DNA from: Eledone cirrhosa
Lineage: Eukaryota
Reading direction: 5' to 3'
Assembly: GCA_964016885.1 (NCBI GenBank)
Contig: OZ024740.1
Location: 49,290,001 to 49,354,000 of the forward strand
DNA length: 64,000 bases
Shown here: positions 52,433-64,000 of the stretch, in pieces
Numbering within the stretch: the stretch's first letter is position 1
Layout of the letters: the number at the start of each line of letters is the position of its first letter
The notes under the pieces: model-generated
The model's input: the letters and a program-made list of their open reading frames with translations, nothing else
Database searches by the model: none
Told to the model about the DNA's origin: nothing
Position numbers and translations under genes: made by a program

Positions 52433-54411
52433 GTTTGTTTTTGCTATTTCATTTCATTGGGAAAATCGTGAAATCATCTTCCAAATTACCCACAGTCCAG
52501 TATTCCTGTCTCCGTTTTAAAATAACAACTTTTTAAATTGACTAAATTCTGAAAGAAGTCTGTATCAATGAAATATTGTAGAATCTGTAAATTGGGGATG
52601 CTTTCATGATTTACTCCATAGATTGAGAAAAGCATAATACAATTCTCCTGAAAAAGATTTGAATTCTCGATCTACAGACAAAAAATATTTGTCATTTACG
52701 ACCTCATATCAAGTCTGAGGACTAAACTATACGACGTGTGTGTTGTAAAGTATGTGATTATTGAATCAAAAACAAGACAAAGTATTGCAGCATCATTTTT
52801 GGTAGAGCGGAGGACTGTAATAGTATTTATCTGTTATCCATAGATCGATGGCTCGAATCCGTCTCGCGAGAGTTGTAAATCATAAAAAAACCTCTTCACA
52901 CGACTAACTACACATTTAAATGAATCTGATTATTGAATCATTAATGACGTTATAAACAATACATTGGTTTTGTAGCATTATTTGTAAGGGTATATTAAGG
53001 AACCCGGGAAAGTTCAATTGGTTGACTCGACCACTGTAGTAGTGTTGATGTTGACATTAGGTTGATGGTTTAAATCTCGTGAGATTGTGATTTTGTGTTA
53101 TATTTTAATCATTATGCTATATAAATCATGAAATCATCTTCCAAACAACAAACACGCCAGTGTTTCTGTTTGTGTTTTTAAAGTACTCATCTCTTTTGCC
53201 AGCTACTGTCAACATTTTGTTCCTGTAAATGTCACTCAACACAATTGTATATTCCAGACTACGTTAACTTTTACACATGCCTCTACCTAACAAATCTATT
53301 CTTTCAGTAAATGTGGAATACATGACATCTTTGTAAATATATTCAGATATTAGTAACAATCATCAACTCAATGAAACGCCGACTCATTCCAGAATCTTTC
53401 TCAGCAAGACAAAAGATGTTTTACTTAATATTGTAACAACCCCAAACCTTTAACCTCTAATCTTTGTTATCCCTACATTTATCCTTCTTAATATGAGTGA
53501 GGTTGATATACTTCCATAGATGTATTCAATGTATCTCAGGATATACAAGATTGTAAGATATTCTCGCTATAAGATATTCCCCTTCTCTTTCGGTTGATTA
53601 AATATTATAAAATGTAATGTCTTTGAAATGAAGTCGACTTCCTTAATGTGATAATAGGATAGGTGAATTGTATTTGTTATAAACAAACCATTCCAAGAAT
53701 TCAGAAGTCTTCAATAAAATGTTGGTTTCTAATGGAATGGTATAGTCTGTTTTGAGGTAATACCACTGTGAAGAATGTATATTGAATAACTGAATCAATC
53801 ATTTGACGTCATAAAGAAATATTTGGTATTGTGATATTTATTATATTTAGCGCAAAGACATTCTAATGTAGTTGACTTATTAATTTAAAACTTTACTTTA
53901 ACACACCGTCAGAACTGATAGTGTATATGGTGGTACCATCAATTGCAGTTAAATAGGATGAAATTTCCTCTTCAAAACACGCTGTCGTCTCCTAACAAAT
54001 ATGAATGTACTACTATTTAAATCATTGAAACATCGCAATAGTTCTCTGTATAGACATGAAACATCAACTGATCTAAATTGTGCCACCAATTCAAAAACAC
54101 ACAATTTTTTGAACAGTTTGATCACACAATATTATCTCGAAATTTGCGACGTCAGCATTGGTTTAAATCTAATATTCTGAATCATTAAATTAATGTAGTT
54201 GATTCAGTTCAAAAGAATTTAATATTTGAAATATTTTACCAAACGAAAGAATATTGTAATACCGTTGACTCTCGTTAATCTTGAAACATCACTATATTTA
54301 ACTGTATAGAAATATAATATCTACTGATATATAGTAGTAAATACAAATGAAGCCGTTGACTCGTTAAAATTGAAAATTTATTTTAACATATAATTAATCT
54401 GGATTAATAAT

Positions 54412-54551
54412 TGTTTCTACTTTTGGCACAAGGCCAGCAATTATCCAGTGCATTACTGGTACTTTATTTTATCGACCCCGTAAGGATGAAAGGCAAAGTT
54501 AACCTCGGCGGGATTTGAACTCAAACCATAAAGGGGCGTAACTGGGCGTAA
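54412..54551 (-). mobile_element. 5'-truncated SINE inserted in a single array unit, 16-bp TSD
   Basis: TSD AATCTGGATTAATAAT at 54396-54411 and 54552-54567; all other units have the empty site. Confidence 0.95.
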
Positions 54552-55514
54552 AATCTGGATTAATAATGTATATAGAAATGTGTCATCAATTGAAGTAAAT
54601 ACGAGGACATTTTGTGCTTAAAACATCCTACCGTCTCCTAACAAACCTGAATCTATTGCTATATAAATCTTTGAATACAATGTACAAACTGATTCAATGA
54701 TGCCAGTTATGTCAACTGTAGTTACAGGTGTGACATTATACTAAGACTAATAACTCAGGCATGTAAATATATATCAGATAAGAAATATCTTACAACATGG
54801 AATATTCTGAGATTCACTGAATACATTTATGGAAGCATAGTTATATATTTAGCAGGATAAATATAAGAAAAGTACATTGAAATCTGTATGTTTGGATTAT
54901 AATGTGACAGTGGCATATTTTGCTGAACTTATTACATCGAAACCACTTGAAACATTCAGATATTAGTTTCTGAACGTATTTTTCAGTTCATTGTAGAAAT
55001 CATTTGTCAGTTTTGAGCTAATATTATGTTGTAAGTCCAAACTACACGATATATTTGTCATTGGAAAGAATGTGATTATTGAATCATTAAATCAATCACT
55101 TTAGGTCATAAAGAAAACATTGATATTGAAGCATTACTTGTGGCGAGATTTTAAGATACTCTCGATAGCACAACCGGTAGAATCCTTAGATCGACGGTTC
55201 GAAGACTTCTCGCGAGACTTGTGGTTCTGTATTTTGTGTTTAATCATGATGGAAAAAAATATATTGAAAAAAGCCCTGATATAGAAATTTATCAGACTGT
55301 ACAACACAAGTTGATGTTGACAGTAGTCGTATAAATCCCGTAGTAATTATATTACATTGCTCGTCGTTATTCAGTTAATGTTCATACAATTGCCATAACT
55401 CCCACACCCAAATGACGGTGTAATGGAGAGTTGTCTGGCGTGCTTGACACAGGAGTGGAAAGAATTCGAAAGATGACTGCATGATTTATACGTAATAAAA
55501 TATCAAAAACAAAG

Positions 55515-55602
55515 TCTCGCGAGACGGATTCGAACCATCGACCTAAGGATAAAGACTAATCACTACTACATTCCTCCGCTCTACCAACTCAGCTATCGCA
55601 AG
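55515..55602 (-). pseudogene. Copy F variant: canonical 3' exon, A32, C13>G D-stem break
   Basis: Reverse complement CTTGCGATAGCTGAGTTGG...GGAATGTAG-tagtgattagtcttt-ATCCTTAGGTCGATGG... Confidence 0.7.
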
Positions 55603-56789
55603 ATGCTTGTAATCAAACCAAAAATAATGCCCTTTTATGGCGTCAAATGACTGTCCTAACCATTTTATAATCACATATTTTGTAAAGATACACAAATCGT
55701 GTAGTTTCGTCGTACATTATGGTAATATGTCGAACATTACCAATACTTTGAAACAAGAAACTAACATTGGTTCAAGTCTAATGTTCTGAATCATCCCATT
55801 AACAAGGCTGACTTAGATTCGAAGAATTTTATAAGATTTGAAATATTTTATCAATCGAAAGAGTATTCTAGTACCGTTGAATCGTTAAAACTGACAATTT
55901 ACTTTGCGACTTGTATAAGTCAGTCTGGAGAGATAGTGTATACAGAGGTGTCATGTTGTAGTTAAATGCTATGAAATTTCCTGTTCAAAAGATTCAACCG
56001 CTCCCCATGAAGTATGAACACGCCGTCGTTATTATATTGAAACATCAATATATTTCTTTCTATCGGAATATAATATTTACAGACGGTATATGTATATATT
56101 AATTGTATTCGAAAAGATATTTGATATAGTACAGAAATTGCTTCAAAAACTAAGTTCCTGCATTTGAATCAATCCACTCTCAGTCCATTACATGCTTCTG
56201 AGGCTTCACCTATCGAACTGGTTCAAGAATCTGAATATCTGGGTGTTACACTGACTCTGTGTATGATATGACCACCTGAATTGGTAAAACGTGCAGTGCA
56301 ATAACTTCACTAGAAAAAGATCTACAAAGTGCAAAGCTACGGTGAAACCCATCGTATTATATGGTCCAGAATCCTGGACTCTCAGTGTTGCTCGCTCAAG
56401 GAGAATTGATGGTTCCTACATCAAGACATTACGTGTGTAACTTTGTGCATGTTTCACCTTCATTGGAAGAATGATTCAATAAGACGAGAAGTAATTGATA
56501 TAAAGATTCATAAATAAATGTATGTTGAAACATGTCAGATAAACTGTACACACCTCCTCAAGCATGGCAGCTGTACGGTAACCATTCAGAACATTATTCC
56601 TGGACCACTTTTGAAGTTCTCCGTAAAAAGTATTGGTTATTTTCAATCTTATTCCAAGCTGAACGACCAAAATTACACGAAGCATGTGTTATTGTAAAGT
56701 ATGGGATTATTGAATCTGTGGCGCAGTCTTTTGAGTTCATAAACAAGACATAGGTATTGTAGCATTATTTTTATTGGAACTGCTAGTAA

Positions 56790-56877
56790 CTCGCGATAGC
56801 TCAGTTGGTAGAGCGGAGGACTGTAGTAGTATTTACCTGTTATCCTTAGGTCGATGGTTCGAATCCGTCTCGCGAGA
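56790..56877 (+). tRNA. tRNA-Tyr-GTA: tRNA-Tyr(GTA), A/B hybrid locus, unit 10
   Basis: Perfect consensus; gene-A 5' flank and gene-B 3' flank. Confidence 0.95.
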
Positions 56878-59803
56878 GTTTGTTTTTGCTATTTCATTTC
56901 ATTGGGAAAATCGTGAAATCATCTTCCAAATTACCCACAGTCCAGTATTCCTGTCTCCGTTTTAAAATAACAACTTTTTAAATTGACTAAATTCTGAAAG
57001 AAGTCTGTATCAATGAAATATTGTAGAATCTGTAAATTGGGGATGCTTTCATGATTTACTCCATAGAGTGAGAAAAGCATAATACAATTCTCCTGAAAAA
57101 GATTTGAATTCTCGATCTACAGACAAAAAGTATTTGTCATTTACGATCTCATATCAAGTCTGAGGACTAAACTATACGACGTGTGTGTTGTAAAGTATGT
57201 GATTATTGAATCAAAAACAAGACAAAGTATTGCAGCATCATTTTTGGTAGAGCGGAGGACTGTAATAGTATTTATCTGTTATCCATAGATCGATGGCTCG
57301 AATCCGTCTCGCGAGAGTTGTAAATCATAAAAAAACCTCTTCACACGACTAACTACACATTTAAATGAATCTGATTATTGAATCATTAATGACGTTATAA
57401 ACAATACATTGGTTTTGTAGCATTATTTGTAAGGGTATATTAAGGAACCCGGGAAAGTTCAATTGGTTGACTCGACCACTGTAGTAGTGTTGATGTTGAC
57501 ATTAGGTTGATGGTTTAAATCTCGCGAGATTGTGATTTTGTGTTATATTTTAATCATTATGCTATATAAATCATGAAATCATCTTCCAAACAACAAACAC
57601 GCCAGTGTTTCTGTTTGTGTTTTTAAAGTACTCATCTCTTTTGCCAGCTACTGTCAACATTTTGTTCCTGTAAATGTCACTCAACACAATTGTATATTCC
57701 AGACTACGTTAACTTTTACACATGCCTCTACCTAACAAATCTATTCTTTCAGTAAATGTGGAATACATGACATCTTTGTAAATATATTCAGATATTAGTA
57801 ACAATCATCAACTCAATGAAACGCCGACTCATTCCAGAATCTTTCTCAGCAAGACAAAAGATGTTTTACTTAATATTGTAACAACCCCAAACCTTTAACC
57901 TCTAACCTTTGTTATCCCTACATTTATCCTTCTTAATATGAGTGAAGTTGATATACTTCCATAGATGTATTCAATGTATCTCAGGATATACAAGATTGTA
58001 AGATATTCTCGCTATAAGATATTCCCCTTCTCTTTCGGTTGATTAAATATTGTAAAATGTAATGTCTTTGAAATGAAGTCGACTTCCTTAATGTGATAAT
58101 AGGATAGGTGAATTGTATTTGTTATAAACAAACCATTCCAAGAATTCAGAAGTCTTCAATAAAATGTTGGTTTCTAATGGAATGGTATAGTCTGTTTTGA
58201 GGTAATACCACTGTGAAGAATGTATATTGAATAACTGAATAAATCATTTGACGTCATAAAGAAATATTTGGTATTGTGATATTTATTATATTTAGCGCAA
58301 AGACATTCTAATGTAGTTGACTTATTAATTTAAAACTTTACTTTAACACACCGTCAGAACTGATAGTGTATATGGTGGTACCATCAATTGCAGTTAAATA
58401 GGATGAAATTTCCTCTTCAAAACACGCTGTCGTCTCCTAACAAATATGAATGTACTACTATTTAAATCATTGAAACATCGCAATAGTTCTCTCTATAGAC
58501 ATGAAACATCAACTGATCTAAATTGTGCCACCAATTCAAAAACACACAATTTTTTGAACAGTTTGATCGCACAATATTATCTCGAAATTTGCGACGTCAG
58601 CATTGGTTTAAATCTAATATTCTGAATCATTAAATTAATGTAGTTGATTCAGTTCAAAAGAATTTAATATTTGAAATATTTTGCCAAACGAAAGAATATT
58701 GTAATACCGTTGACTCTCGTTAATCTTGAAACATCACTATATTTAACTGTATAGAAATATAATATCTACTGATATATAGTAGTAAATACAAATGAAGCCG
58801 TTGACTCGTTAAAATTGAAAATTTATTTTAACATATAATTAATCTGGATTAATAATGTATATAGAAATGTGTCATCAATTGAAGTAAATACGAGGACATT
58901 TTGTGCTTAAAACATCCTACCGTCTCCTAACAAACCTGAATCTATTGCTATATAAATCTTTGAATACAATGTACAAACTGATTCAATGATGGCAGTTATG
59001 TCAACTGTAGTTACAGGTGTGACATTATACTGAGACTAATAACTCAGGCATGTAAATATATATCAGATAAGAAATATCTTACAACATGGAATATTCTGAG
59101 ATTCACTGAATACATTTATGGAAGCATAGTTATATATTTAGCAGGATAAATATAAGAAAAGTACATTGAAATCTGTATGTTTGGATTATAATGTGACAGT
59201 GGCATATTTTGCTGAACTTATTACATCGAAACCACTTGAAACATTCAGATATTAGTTTCTGAACGTATTTTTCAGTTCATTGTAGAAATCATTTGTCAGT
59301 TTTGAGCTAATATTATGTTGTAAGTCCAAACTACACGATATATTTGTCATTGGAAAGAATGTGATTATTGAATCATTAAATCAATCACTTTAGGTCATAA
59401 AGAAAACATTGATATTGAAGCATTACTTGTGGCGAGATTTTAAGATACTCTCGATAGCACAACCGGTAGAATCCTTAGATCGACGGTTCGAAGACTTCTC
59501 GCGAGACTTGTGGTTCTGTATTTTGTGTTTAATCATGATGGAAAAAAATATATTGAAAAAAGCCCTGATATAGAAATTTATCAGACTGTACAACACAAGT
59601 TGATGTTGACAGTAGTCGTATAAATCCCGTAGTAATTATATTACATTGCTCGTCGTTATTCAGTTAATGTTCATACAATTGCCATAACTCCCACACCCAA
59701 ATGACGGTGTAATGGAGAGTTGTCTGGCGTGCTTGACACAGGAGTGGAAAGAATTCGAAAGATGACTGCATGATTTATACGTAATAAAATATCAAAAACA
59801 AAG

Positions 59804-59891
59804 TCTCGCGAGACGGATTCGAACCATCGACCTAAGGATAAAGACTAATCACTACTACATTCCTCCGCTCTACCAACTGAGCTATCGCAAG
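59804..59891 (-). tRNA. tRNA-Tyr-GTA: Copy F variant: near-intact tRNA-Tyr(GTA) with A32 and U3.G70; function uncertain
   Basis: All stems pair; A- and B-boxes intact; intron TAGTGATTAGTCTTT; T-run downstream. Confidence 0.55.
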
Positions 59892-61078
59892 ATGCTTGTA
59901 ATCAAACCAAAAATAATGCCCTTTTATGGCGTCAAATGACTGTCCTAACCATTTTATAATCACATATTTTGTAAAGATACACAAATCGTGTAGTTTCGTC
60001 GTACATTATGGTAATATGTCGAACATTACCAATACTTTGAAACAAGAAACTAACATTGGTTCAAGTCTAATGTTCTGAATCATCCCATTAACAAGGCTGA
60101 CTTAGATTCGAAGAATTTTATAAGATTTGAAATATTTTATCAATCGAAAGAGTATTCTAGTACCGTTGAATCGTTAAAACTGACAATTTACTTTGCGACT
60201 TGTATAAGTCAGTCTGGAGAGATAGTGTATACAGAGGTGTCATGTTGTAGTTAAATGCTATGAAATTTCCTGTTCAAAAGATTCAACCGCTCCCCATGAA
60301 GTATGAACACGCCGTCGTTATTATATTGAAACATCAATATATTTCTTTCTATCGGAATATAATATTTACAGACGGTATATGTATATATTAATTGTATTCG
60401 AAAAGATATTTGATATAGTACAGAAATTGCTTCAAAAACTAAGTTCCTGCATTTGAATCAATCCACTCTCAGTCCATTACATGCTTCTGAGGCTTCACCT
60501 ATCGAACTGGTTCAAGAATCTGAATATCTGGGTGTTACACTGACTCTGTGTATGATATGACCACCTGAATTGGTAAAACGTGCAGTGCAATAACTTCACT
60601 AGAAAAAGATCTACAAAGTGCAAAGCTACGGTGAAACCCATCGTATTATATGGTCCAGAATCCTGGACTCTCAGTGTTGCTCGCTCAAGGAGAATTGATG
60701 GTTCCTACATCAAGACATTACGTGTGTAACTTTGTGCATGTTTCACCTTCATTGGAAGAATGATTCAATAAGACGAGAAGTAATTGATATAAAGATTCAT
60801 AAATAAATGTATGTTGAAACATGTCAGATAAACTGTACACACCTCCTCAAGCATGGCAGCTGTACGGTAACCATTCAGAACATTATTCCTGGACCACTTT
60901 TGAAGTTCTCCGTAAAAAGTATTGGTTATTTTCAATCTTATTCCAAGCTGAACGACCAAAATTACACGAAGCATGTGTTATTGTAAAGTATGGGATTATT
61001 GAATCTGTGGCGCAGTCTTTTGAGTTCATAAACAAGACATAGGTATTGTAGCATTATTTTTATTGGAACTGCTAGTAA

Positions 61079-61166
61079 CTCGCGATAGCTCAGTTGGTAG
61101 AGCGGAGGACTGTAGTAGTATTTACCTGTTATCCTTAGGTCGATGGTTCGAATCCGTCTCGCGAGA
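61079..61166 (+). tRNA. tRNA-Tyr-GTA: tRNA-Tyr(GTA), A/B hybrid locus, unit 11
   Basis: Perfect consensus; gene-A 5' flank and gene-B 3' flank. Confidence 0.95.
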
Positions 61167-64000
61167 GTTTGTTTTTGCTATTTCATTTCATTGGGAAAAT
61201 CGTGAAATCATCTTCCAAATTACCCACAGTCCAGTATTCCTGTCTCCGTTTTAAAATAACAACTTTTTAAATTGACTAAATTCTGAAAGAAGTCTGTATC
61301 AATGAAATATTGTAGAATCTGTAAATTGGGGATGCTTTCATGATTTACTCCATAGAGTGAGAAAAGCATAATACAATTCTCCTGAAAAAGATTTGAATTC
61401 TCGATCTACAGACAAAAAGTATTTGTCATTTACGATCTCATATCAAGTCTGAGGACTAAACTATACGACGTGTGTGTTGTAAAGTATGTGATTATTGAAT
61501 CAAAAACAAGACAAAGTATTGCAGCATCATTTTTGGTAGAGCGGAGTACTGTAATAGTATTTATCTGTTATCCATAGATCGATGGCTCGAATCCGTCTCG
61601 CGAGAGTTGTAAATCATAAAAAAACCTCTTCACACGACTAACTACACATTTAAATGAATCTGATTATTGAATCATTAATGACGTTATAAACAATACATTG
61701 GTTTTGTAGCATTATTTGTAAGGGTATATTAAGGAACCCGGGAAAGTTCAATTGGTTGACTCGACCACTGTAGTAGTGTTGATGTTGACATTAGGTTGAT
61801 GGTTTAAATCTCGCGAGATTGTGATTTTGTGTTATATTTTAATCATTATGCTATATAAATCATGAAATCATCTTCCAAACAACAAACACGCCAGTGTTTC
61901 TGTTTGTGTTTTTAAAGTACTCATCTCTTTTGCCAGCTACTGTCAACATTTTGTTCCTGTAAATGTCACTCAACACAATTGTATATTCCAGACTACGTTA
62001 ACTTTTACACATGCCTCTACCTAACAAATCTATTCTTTCAGTAAATGTGGAATACATGACATCTTTGTAAATATATTCAGATATTAGTAACAATCATCAA
62101 CTCAATGAAACGCCGACTCATTCCAGAATCTTTCTCAGCAAGACAAAAGATGTTTTACTTAATATTGTAACAACCCCAAACCTTTAACCTCTAATCTTTG
62201 TTATCCCTACATTTATCCTTCTTAATATGAGTGAGGTTGATATACTTCCATAGATGTATTCAATGAATCTCAGGATATACAAGATTGTAAGATATTCTCG
62301 CTATAAGATATTCCCCTTCTCTTTCGGTTGATTAAATATTGTAAAATGTAATGTCTTTGAAATGAAGTCGACTTCCTTAATGTGATAATAGGATAGGTGA
62401 ATTGTATTTGTTATAAACAAACCATTCCAAGAATTCAGAAGTCTTCAATAAAATGTTGGTTTCTAATGGAATGGTATAGTCTGTTTTGAGGTAATACCAC
62501 TGTGAAGAATGTATATTGAATAACTGAATAAATCATTTGACGTCATAAAGAAATATTTGGTATTGTGATATTTATTATATTTAGCGCAAAGACATTCTAA
62601 TGTAGTTGACTTATTAATTTAAAACTTTACTTTAACACACCGTCAGAACTGATAGTGTATATGGTGGTACCATCAATTGCAGTTAAATAGGATGAAATTT
62701 CCTCTTCAAAACACGCTGTCGTCTCCTAACAAATATGAATGTACTACTATTTAAATCATTGAAACATCGCAATAGTTCTCTGTATAGACATGAAACATCA
62801 ACTGATCTAAATTGTGCCACCAATTCAAAAACACACAATTTTTTGAACAGTTTGATCGCACAATATTATCTCGAAATTTGCGACGTCAGCATTGGTTTAA
62901 ATCTAATATTCTGAATCATTAAATTAATGTAGTTGATTCAGTTCAAAAGAATTTAATATTTGAAATATTTTGCCAAACGAAAGAATATTGTAATACCGTT
63001 GACTCTCGTTAATCTTGAAACATCACTATATTTAACTGTATAGAAATATAATATCTACTGATATATAGTAGTAAATACAAATGAAGCCGTTGACTCGTTA
63101 AAATTGAAAATTTATTTTAACATATAATTAATCTGGATTAATAATGTATATAGAAATGTGTCATCAATTGAAGTAAATACGAGGACATTTTGTGCTTAAA
63201 ACATCCTACCGTCTCCTAACAAACCTGAATCTATTGCTATATAAATCTTTGAATACAATGTACAAACTGATTCAATGATGGCAGTTATGTCAACTGTAGT
63301 TACAGGTGTGACATTATACTGAGACTAATAACTCAGGCATGTAAATATATATCAGATAAGAAATATCTTACAACATGGAATATTCTGAGATTCACTGAAT
63401 ACATTTATGGAAGCATAGTTATATATTTAGCAGGATAAATATAAGAAAAGTACATTGAAATCTGTATGTTTGGATTATAATGTGACAGTGGCATATTTTG
63501 CTGAACTTATTACATCGAAACCACTTGAAACATTCAGATATTAGTTTCTGAACGTATTTTTCAGTTCATTGTAGAAATCATTTGTCAGTTTTGAGCTAAT
63601 ATTATGTTGTAAGTCCAAACTACACGATATATTTGTCATTGGAAAGAATGTGATTATTGAATCATTAAATCAATCACTTTAGGTCATAAAGAAAACATTG
63701 ATATTGAAGCATTACTTGTGGCGAGATTTTAAGATACTCTCGATAGCACAACCGGTAGAATCCTTAGATCGACGGTTCGAAGACTTCTCGCGAGACTTGT
63801 GGTTCTGTATTTTGTGTTTAATCATGATGGAAAAAAATATATTGAAAAAAGCCCTGATATAGAAATTTATCAGACTGTACAACACAAGTTGATGTTGACA
63901 GTAGTCGTATAAATCCCGTAGTAATTATATTACATTGCTCGTCGTTATTCAGTTAATGTTCATACAATTGCCATAACTCCCACACCCAAATGTAGAGTTG

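Larger units (their letters stand above)
11772..64000 (+). repeat. Higher-order tandem array (macrosatellite) of tRNA-Tyr units, ~10.6 copies, runs off the window end
   Basis: The first tRNA of each unit starts at 11772, 16753, 21734, 26715, 31696, 36677, 41658, 46639 (period 4981), then 51628 (+4989), 56790 (+5162), 61079 (+4289). Length differences are fully accounted for by visible indels (+156 SINE and TSD, -717, +11, -4, -2, +8, +12). Confidence 0.98.

Noticed and set aside
934-61254. All supplied ORFs (61-111 aa) as protein-coding genes
   Set aside because: They are short, many use non-ATG starts, and they overlap tRNA genes or flanks. They recur only because the DNA is tandemly repeated. 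Only 7271-7459 and 7414-7629 partly trace a dead LINE frame.
370-64000. CRISPR array or integron-like cassette array (repeated palindromic 88-mer)
   Set aside because: The repeat is an intron-containing eukaryotic tRNA. Spacers are hundreds of bp and mutually homologous, and there is no cas or integrase gene.

Overview
AT-rich, non-coding eukaryotic (animal-like) DNA holding an intron-containing tRNA-Tyr(GTA) gene cluster. Positions 1-~11770 are an old, scrambled mosaic of tRNA-Tyr genes and pseudogenes with conserved flanks in both orientations, plus SINEs and decayed RTE-clade LINE fragments. From 11772 to the window end lies a near-homogeneous higher-order tandem array: seven 4981-bp units, then units of 4989, 5162 and 4289 bp and a partial unit. 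A standard unit carries two intact 88-nt tRNA-Tyr genes (15-nt intron), four degenerate tRNA-Tyr copies and two RTE fossils. About 22 genes look intact. Highlights are an apparent compensatory change at the anticodon-intron splicing pair, retention of a TCTCGCGAGA palindrome in dead copies, a tRNA-to-tRNA 717-bp deletion, and SINE insertions with readable target-site duplications at AATAAT. No supplied ORF is a credible protein gene. All analysis was by eye.
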